A stretch of DNA of 64,000 bases from a virus (lineage: Duplodnaviria; Heunggongvirae; Uroviricota; Caudoviricetes), in IMG/VR virus record IMGVR_UViG_3300006217_000002. The stretch is one strand, 5' to 3'. Shown piece by piece: positions 58,041 to 64,000 of this stretch. The notes beneath the pieces are model-generated. The model saw only the letters and a list, made by a program, of their open reading frames with translations, made no database searches and was not told the DNA's origin. A program made the position numbers and the translations under genes. Position 1 is the stretch's first letter, and the number at the start of each line of letters is the position of its first letter.

Positions 58041-58625
58041 ATGGCTAATAAATACGATATGAGAATTTGTAAATGTGGACATATTCATATGATTCCATGG
58101 GATAAAATAGATTCATCTGTAAAGGCTAATAAAAATCTTGTGCTGATATGTGCCAGATGCGGAGCTGGTACCATAATTGGTGCTGATATAGAACCAGATG
58201 AATTCAGTGATAAACCTGATGCAGTATGTTACATGATGTACGCAGGGGATTTATCTCCATATGAAGATAAGATCATCACAGAAGAATTCTTCAAAGGTAA
58301 TGATAAAGAAAAAGCCGTGACCGAAATATTATATAGTCATGGTTTGAGAGTTCCTATGATGACAGGTAATTATGCGGATAACTATTTCGATGGTAAATTC
58401 GCTGATATGTGGTATCCTGATTTCTATAAGATTCAGAGAAAAGATATCACTGTTCCTGAAATCATGGACTTTATCAAAACATGGACTGAGGAAAGAACAA
58501 CTGTCAACATGAGCAGATTTATAAATGAGAATCCGGAAGATATGATTGAAGAGATTTCTCATTACTGGATCAAAGGCTTTAACTGGGCCGGTACCAAATT
58601 TGAAAATGAATGGAATAAAAACTAA
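58041..58625 (+). CDS. Hypothetical protein with a zinc-ribbon motif
   Basis: CKCGHIH...CARCGAG. RBS AAGGAGG. Confidence 0.45.
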   Translation: MANKYDMRICKCGHIHMIPWDKIDSSVKANKNLVLICARCGAGTIIGADIEPDEFSDKPDAVCYMMYAGDLSPYEDKIITEEFFKGNDKEKAVTEILYSHGLRVPMMTGNYADNYFDGKFADMWYPDFYKIQRKDITVPEIMDFIKTWTEERTTVNMSRFINENPEDMIEEISHYWIKGFNWAGTKFENEWNKN

Positions 58626-58973
58626 ATAACACAACACATCTTAGGAGGTAAATGATATGAGTAGAATCAAAATCACTGACAATGGTATGGAAGTTTTAAT
58701 GAAAATGAGCGACGGAAATCCTGGCTGCCTTACATTCCTTATGCAGCTCTTTGATGATGACTTAAGCAAAGCATAAATGCTTTGCTTAAGGTTCGATACT
58801 ATGGAATTGTATGGAAGCAGACTTTATCAGCTGTGGAATGACTGCTGTGATAGAGATCTCGGAACCGTTTACAAAGTACTTGATCAATATAGCGATTCTG
58901 ATATTCTCCGTCACATCGACAATGGAAAAGGGTATGCCGATAGATTTGATCTAAAATAATATCGGAGGTGTTT

Positions 58974-59171
58974 ATGTTTAAAGACGATATTCATATAGAA
59001 CTTAACGGTTATGGAGATGCAGATGATTTTATTCTGCTCTCCATAGATCCTATAAATCCTAGTATTTTCAGAGATGCTAGACAGAAGAATTTTCCTCTGG
59101 AACATGCAACTCCGGAGTCAGTAGGAAATGCAATTGCTAAATACCTAAGAGAATATCTATGGAAGGAGTAA
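58974..59171 (+). CDS. Small hypothetical protein
   Basis: cggaggtgtttATG. Confidence 0.4.
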   Translation: MFKDDIHIELNGYGDADDFILLSIDPINPSIFRDARQKNFPLEHATPESVGNAIAKYLREYLWKE

Positions 59172-59175
59172 GTAT

Positions 59176-59370
59176 ATGTTAAGGGGGAAACCTTGCAATG
59201 AAGTAAAACATGATGACGTATTGGAAACGTTTAAAGAATTTACTAAAGCTGAAAAGATAATAACAGTTGTAGATGAAGAACCTTTAAGCCATATTGAACG
59301 TTTAGAATTACAAGCGTTGCAAATTTTATTCGAAAATAAGGAGGAATGTGCAGGATGTCTAAAGGAATGA
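59176..59370 (+). CDS. Small hypothetical protein
   Basis: RBS GGAAGGAG. Confidence 0.4.
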   Translation: MLRGKPCNEVKHDDVLETFKEFTKAEKIITVVDEEPLSHIERLELQALQILFENKEECAGCLKE

Positions 59371-59762
59371 GTATGGAAGAATTTCGTGCTGGTTTAGCTA
59401 GCGAAGCAACAAAAGAAAATGAGAAGCTCAAGGAAGAGATCTCAAATCTTAAAGCTGCACTTAAAAAGAAGAATGAAGAAATATCTGCTCTCCAACAAGA
59501 ACTGAAGGAAGTTAAACATCATTGTCAGAGTCTCGGCAATAGATGCTTTGTATTTTCAAGAGGCGTGATGTGTACTTATTGTGGTTGCGGAGAACTCTGT
59601 CCTCATGGCTTAACTGATGAAGAATACCATGCAATAGCGGTATTTATGAAAAAGAATCATCTTTCTCATACTGATGAAAACAGAGAGAAAGTTAATGAAT
59701 TCATTATTAATAGAAGACTGGAAGCTGCTAAACGAGAATTTGAAGAAAGGAATAAGAAATGA
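59355..59762 (+). CDS. Coiled-coil protein with a Cys-rich segment
   Basis: RBS AAGGAGG. HCQSLGNRCFVFSRGVMCTYCGCGELCPHG. Confidence 0.4.
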   Translation: MSKGMSMEEFRAGLASEATKENEKLKEEISNLKAALKKKNEEISALQQELKEVKHHCQSLGNRCFVFSRGVMCTYCGCGELCPHGLTDEEYHAIAVFMKKNHLSHTDENREKVNEFIINRRLEAAKREFEERNKK

Positions 59763-60397
59763 GAAAGGTATTGGATTATATAGTAACCCAAGGAAGATAT
59801 GGTAATATCGTATATCTTGATGAAGGTATTGATTGGTTTCCTTACAGAGATGACGAAAAGATTGAAGATCTTCCTGCGGTAGGGGCATGGTGTAAGAGAT
59901 GTGCTAAAGAAAGTGCTAAACCTATGATGCCTGTTTACATGAATTACAAACCTGCTTACGCATTACATTGCGAGAAATGTGGAAGTGAATATGCGATGTA
60001 TAAGAGCATGTTTATACAAAGATACGTTGGTTATGATACAGCTCACGGTGGCCATATTAATCCTACTCATGGATTAATATCTCATGTAGCAGCTATGGAT
60101 AGAAAAGCCCGTGAATATCATGACAGTATTCCTGACAGAGTTGCAGAAGATATGTGCAAGTTATTTCATTGCACTCGTGAGGAATATGACCATATGAAGA
60201 AAGGATGGGATGAGGAAAACAAGAAAGCTCATAAGAGGATAGAACGAGAAGCTGCGGAACGCCACGCTCGTTATCAGGATGAAGAGATCAAAAGAGAATC
60301 TGAAACAAGAAGAGACCTGATTGCGAGAGGAGTTCTGAAATATGTAAAGAACATCGGCCTTGTTAACACTGAAACTGGTCAGGTTGTCAAATTATAA
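59759..60397 (+). CDS. Hypothetical protein with a zinc-ribbon (CxxC...CxxC)
   Basis: CKRCAKES...CEKCGSEY. Overlapping start. Confidence 0.4.
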   Translation: MRKVLDYIVTQGRYGNIVYLDEGIDWFPYRDDEKIEDLPAVGAWCKRCAKESAKPMMPVYMNYKPAYALHCEKCGSEYAMYKSMFIQRYVGYDTAHGGHINPTHGLISHVAAMDRKAREYHDSIPDRVAEDMCKLFHCTREEYDHMKKGWDEENKKAHKRIEREAAERHARYQDEEIKRESETRRDLIARGVLKYVKNIGLVNTETGQVVKL

Positions 60398-60409
60398 GGA
60401 GATAATGAT

Positions 60410-61147
60410 ATGAAAGAGTTCAGAATTGCACCGTGCTTAACCAAAGATGGAACGAAGGACTTTGCCATATTTAAAGATGGTTCCAGAAAGAAGCTTATAA
60501 AAACCAGCGATAAATATGGAAAATATTTTGAGGTCGATAATGATCTTAATCCTGACGGAAAACCATTACTGAAATATAGTTTTACCGGAAGGATTAAGGA
60601 TGCTGTGGAAACAATAAGAAATGGTGGCGGAGACGTTATTTCAACATACAACATATTCGGAGAACACATAGTAGTTGAGTACTTCATAGATCGTTTTGTC
60701 GGAGATGAACTCAGAGCGAAAAGTATCGATGGTTGGAAAGATGCTAAGTTCGCATGGATTATTAAATGCGGAAATAAGAACAGTTTTTCTGGATATGCTC
60801 CTATTAATGATAAGGGAGAAAGAACATCGATGTTTGATGAAAATCGGAAACCTAAAATCTTTAATACGGAGGAAGAAGCAAAGAAGTTTATTGATGATTT
60901 ATTATCAAAAGCTTCTGAATATGCAAAGAATATATCCAGTGCTGTCGAAAGTGCCAAGAATGAGTATGAATCAAGTGATGCAATATCAAAAGGTATATCA
61001 GACATAGAGGAAGGCACCGGAACTAAATTCAGCGTAATAATGGATTTTGTATATGATATGCTTACTGGAGATGGAAAGCTAAAATCTAGCGAGTGTACCC
61101 TTGACGAATGGGGATATCATATTGAGCAGTGGGTTATTCAGTATTAA
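60410..61147 (+). CDS. Hypothetical protein
   Basis: RBS AAGGAG. Confidence 0.45.
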   Translation: MKEFRIAPCLTKDGTKDFAIFKDGSRKKLIKTSDKYGKYFEVDNDLNPDGKPLLKYSFTGRIKDAVETIRNGGGDVISTYNIFGEHIVVEYFIDRFVGDELRAKSIDGWKDAKFAWIIKCGNKNSFSGYAPINDKGERTSMFDENRKPKIFNTEEEAKKFIDDLLSKASEYAKNISSAVESAKNEYESSDAISKGISDIEEGTGTKFSVIMDFVYDMLTGDGKLKSSECTLDEWGYHIEQWVIQY

Positions 61148-61172
61148 ATAATGATCCTAAACATCGGGGGCT

Positions 61173-61206
61173 ATGAAACGCCCCCCCCCCGATGTTTAAA
61201 TATAGC
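61173..61206 (+). terminator. Terminator hairpin containing a C10 homopolymer
   Basis: aaacatcggggggctatgaaacgcccccccccgatgttt. Confidence 0.55.
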
Positions 61207-61225
61207 ATTTTAAGGAGGAAACAAG

Positions 61226-62368
61226 ATGAATTACTTGTATCAAGAACCATTAAGGTTCGACAAAGGAGTAGGTGTAGTTTTAGGATCTTTTTCACCTCTC
61301 CACAAAGGCCACTTAGATTTGATATATCAGGCCAAAAAAGAGTGTATGGGTGGGGCACTCGTTATTGTATGCGGCTATAATCAGGATAAGGGATGGCCGA
61401 AGATGACGTTGAAAGAAAGATATCAGATGGTCAGAGAATATTTTAAGTCAGACCCGCTCGTAGCAGTATATTGTCTCTCAGATGATGAAATGGGAATTGC
61501 TGAATATGCAACTAGACAGGATGAGTGGAAATGGGATATCTGGCTTGACCATCTGGAGAAAGATATAATTGCATTAAATTGTAAATCCGATGTTAGCCAA
61601 AAGGAAAATATTACGTTCTATACAGGTGAGTATGCATATTCAAGAGATCTCTCTGTATTAGGCTATAATACAAGATTGGTTGATCGCAAAATCCATCTCA
61701 TCAGCGGTACTATGATCCGTAATAATGTCATTAAGTACTGGGATGAAATCGCTTGGACATATCATCGAAAATTCAGTCACAACATTCTTATCACAGGTAC
61801 AGCTTCAGAAGGTAAGACAACTCTGGTTGAAGATATCGGGAAATATTTCAACCTTCCATATTCATATGAGTGGCCTCGCACATATATGGATGATCATAAT
61901 GTGTGCGATTGGGAGCTTGACGGAAGAGACTTCGTATCATTCTTGGAAGGTCAATATACCTATAACAGAAGCTGCATTGAAAGTAAGCATAATAACGGTA
62001 TATTTCTTTCTGATACAGATACTATCGTGACTAAAATGTATGCCAAATATTATGCAATGGATCCGGAAATGGATATGACCATGGAGGAATATGAAAAGGT
62101 TGTTGAGCCGGTAGCTGATATGTTTATCAAGAGATCCAACTGGGATAAGATCTTTGTGGTCCTTCCTAAGTCAGAAGAGTTTGTTGATGATCATACCCGT
62201 TATATGAAACATGGCACAATGGAGGCAAGAAACGAGTTGGCTGGAATTCTTCTTGATGAAATTTCTAAAGCCGGATGGAGCGATAAAATTGAACTCCTTA
62301 CAGGAGGGTATCTTAAGAACTTTGAAACTGTAAAGAATTATATCAATAGCATCGGAGGAACAGAGTAA
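61226..62368 (+). CDS. nadR: NadR-like bifunctional NMN adenylyltransferase / ribosylnicotinamide kinase, with no HTH
   Basis: GVVLGSFSPLHKGHLDLI (GxFxPxHxGH, ~61281-61330). P-loop ITGTASEGKTTLVEDIG. Confidence 0.8.
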   Translation: MNYLYQEPLRFDKGVGVVLGSFSPLHKGHLDLIYQAKKECMGGALVIVCGYNQDKGWPKMTLKERYQMVREYFKSDPLVAVYCLSDDEMGIAEYATRQDEWKWDIWLDHLEKDIIALNCKSDVSQKENITFYTGEYAYSRDLSVLGYNTRLVDRKIHLISGTMIRNNVIKYWDEIAWTYHRKFSHNILITGTASEGKTTLVEDIGKYFNLPYSYEWPRTYMDDHNVCDWELDGRDFVSFLEGQYTYNRSCIESKHNNGIFLSDTDTIVTKMYAKYYAMDPEMDMTMEEYEKVVEPVADMFIKRSNWDKIFVVLPKSEEFVDDHTRYMKHGTMEARNELAGILLDEISKAGWSDKIELLTGGYLKNFETVKNYINSIGGTE

Positions 62369-63084
62369 TGGATAAAATTAAGAATGTATTGAGAGATGAG
62401 TTTATCAGCGGGAAGAAATGGTATGATTTTGCATTTATGGGAGTCGGATTGATTCTCCAGGCTATCGCAATTGCAATGGGATTTATCAGTGGAGAACCGG
62501 AAAGTATTGGATTGATCATTTCCGGAATAATGGGAGTTGTATCAGTTGTATTATGCAGTCAAGGAAAGATTTCTTTCTATATATTTGGCTTCATTCAGTT
62601 GTTCACATACGTGTTCTGTTTCACTATTCCTAACAGACTCCATGGTGAAACTATTGAGAATGGTATGTATTTCCTGTCAATGCTGTATGGAATATATGTA
62701 TGGGCTAAACTATATGGACGAAACAACACAAATCAATCTACGGAAATTAAATCCAAGAAACTGACCATAAAAGGAAATATTATTACGGCAATCATATTCG
62801 TTGTTGGAACCTATCTGTATTATTTATTCTTGAAAAATGTTCCTATGTTTGGTGTTATGGATTCTGATCCATTTGTAGATTCTATTACATCTATTCCGGC
62901 ATATATTGCACAGCTTCTGATGATATTAGGTTTCAGAGAACAATGGATATACTGGTTCATTCTTGATGTAGGAAGTGTTGTATTGGCAGCAAGAGCAGGA
63001 TCGATGATAATGGTAGCACAGTTTGTATTCTGGACTATCAACTGTATATATGGATATTACAATTGGACTAAAATGTCAAAATAA
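62368..63084 (+). CDS. pnuC: PnuC-family nicotinamide riboside transporter
   Basis: 238 aa with multiple TM helices. Translationally coupled to the nadR-like gene (ATGG overlap). Confidence 0.65.
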   Translation: MDKIKNVLRDEFISGKKWYDFAFMGVGLILQAIAIAMGFISGEPESIGLIISGIMGVVSVVLCSQGKISFYIFGFIQLFTYVFCFTIPNRLHGETIENGMYFLSMLYGIYVWAKLYGRNNTNQSTEIKSKKLTIKGNIITAIIFVVGTYLYYLFLKNVPMFGVMDSDPFVDSITSIPAYIAQLLMILGFREQWIYWFILDVGSVVLAARAGSMIMVAQFVFWTINCIYGYYNWTKMSK

Positions 63085-63101
63085 ACAGAAAGGAGAAACA
63101 A

Positions 63102-63280
63102 ATGAGAATATGTATCAATGGGGGGGGGTAAATAAAAACCCCTCTTGTAAATTTAACGGCGGTGTTGATTGCCCAATTAAAGATCGTAAATGTGATAAAT
63201 GTGGTTGGAACCCTGAAGTATATGAAAGACGTAAGGAATTAAATCGTAAATATCCATCGAGAGTGAAGATACATAATTAG
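63102..63280 (+). CDS. Small zinc-ribbon protein whose 5' end contains a G9 tract. As sequenced, ATG 63102 with a good RBS terminates after 9 codons. The long frame starts at ATG 63110.
   Basis: aggag-6nt-ATG aga ata tgt atc aat ggg ggg ggg taa. A +1 G would fuse it to ...VNKNPSCKFNGGVDCPIKDRKCDKCGW. Confidence 0.4.
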
Positions 63281-63300
63281 TATCACTAAAAAGTTATAAT

Positions 63301-63330
63301 ATTAGCAGGGAGAAATTTCTCCCTGCTAAT
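63301..63330 (+). terminator. Intrinsic terminator
   Basis: attagcagggagaaatttctccctgctaat. Confidence 0.6.
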
Positions 63331-63392
63331 CATGTATATCTATAATCATTATTTTTTCTTTATTTTTAATATTATAATACATCGTGTTAATT

Positions 63393-63421
63393 ACTTGACA
63401 TACTTACTAGTTTTATATACA
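63393..63421 (+). promoter_or_regulatory. Sigma-70-like promoter candidate upstream of the tail-fibre paralogue
   Basis: TTGACA at 63393, a ~15-17 nt spacer, then TATATAC. Confidence 0.35.
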
Positions 63422-63444
63422 GAAATGAGAGGATGATTATATTA

Positions 63445-64000
63445 TGAGTAAAGAATTAGATCTTGGAAGAGTAGTTGGTAAAGATGCTACTATAAATGGA
63501 CAGAATGCTATTAACATCGTTGCTGGTAATAGCATTGATATTCAGCAACAGGATGGTACACTCACTATTGGTGTTGATGATACTCACTTCAATGATAAGA
63601 GTAATCCACATGAAGTGACTGCAGATCAAGTTGGTGCAGTACCAGTCAGTAGAACTGTAAATGGAAAACAACTTAATGAGAATATTTCTCTAAGTGCAGC
63701 CGATGTTGGAGCAGCATCTACTGATCATAGTCACGATGATAAACAAGATAAGATCAGCGGTATAAAAGGTCAGGTAGCATGTTTTGATGATAGCGGTAAT
63801 ATTATTGCTAAAACATTATCAATGGATGAATTGGGTTACGCATTATTCGGATTTCAAATAAATCCAGACGAGTCAGATCCTAGTAAAATTATTAAATACA
63901 TTGCACAGAATACCAGTTATGATCCAGCATTTATGGATTATGAAAAAGACGAGTTTAATTATGGTGATTGGGCTAATGCATGGTTTATTAAGAATATTAA
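63445..64000 (+). CDS. Tail-fibre-like protein, N-terminal paralogue of the DGR target. 3' truncated by the window end.
   Basis: MSKELDLGRVVGKDATINGQNAINIVAGNSIDI aligns with the target-protein N-terminus MAAKELDLGPVRGRDATINGQSAIELVGGKNIDI. A later shared segment is NYGDWANAWFIKN. Confidence 0.6.

Noticed and set aside
58657-58959. Two same-frame small ORFs separated by a TAA inside the palindrome aaagcataaatgcttt
   Set aside because: TAA readthrough is improbable. Both pieces are short, unlisted or marginal, and have no recognisable domain. Probably a coincidental arrangement.
1-64000. tRNA genes or CRISPR arrays
   Set aside because: No cloverleaf-compatible 70-90-nt segments or regularly spaced direct repeats were recognisable in the intergenic regions by eye. 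A tRNAscan run would be needed to exclude tRNAs formally.

Overview
This window is a gene-dense, low-GC (~33%) segment of a large tailed dsDNA phage genome. It could also be a prophage, but no host flanks are visible. Almost every ORF is preceded by a strong AAGGAGG-type Shine-Dalgarno sequence, and GC-rich intrinsic terminators followed by T-runs are frequent. Together with the low GC content this points to a Firmicutes-type host, and that is an inference. The window holds mostly replication, transcription and accessory genes and no capsid or terminase genes. I could not find tRNA genes or CRISPR arrays by eye.

What I can support from the sequence:
- A ~2000-aa tail tape-measure-like protein with peptidase M23 and lysozyme-like domains.
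- A family-B DNA polymerase split into two genes about 31 kb apart. The first carries Exo I/II/III and motif A. The second carries motif B, motif C (DTDS) and KKRY.
- A type IIA topoisomerase ATPase/Toprim subunit.
- A vWA/MIDAS protein preceded by a 760-bp noncoding region. That region contains a GC-rich island and five TACAGCAA repeats.
- A protein that fuses sigma-70 region 4 to RNAP alpha-CTD-like repeats, plus a second small sigma-4-like protein.
- A complete diversity-generating retroelement (DGR). Its variable repeat sits in the C-terminus of a minus-strand tail-fibre-like gene. The template repeat and reverse transcriptase lie 6.6 kb away on the other strand. All 11 TR/VR mismatches fall on TR adenines.
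- A divergent multisubunit RNA polymerase: a 1484-aa beta-like gene and a beta-prime-like gene carrying NADFDGD.
- A cluster of RNA-end repair enzymes. It comprises a minimal nucleotidyltransferase and a HEPN ORF separated by one in-frame TAG, a CCA-adding enzyme with an HD domain, a DEDD exonuclease, a Thg1-like 3'-5' polymerase and a CYTH protein.
- An SPFH protein, a holin-like protein and a membrane zinc-protease locus.
- A frameshifted SAM-methyltransferase.
- A NadR-like NMNAT/NR-kinase plus a PnuC transporter, i.e. an NAD salvage pair.
- Several repeats: a 29-bp identical segment in two unrelated genes, a ~55-bp duplicated intergenic element, and a G9 tract at a gene start.
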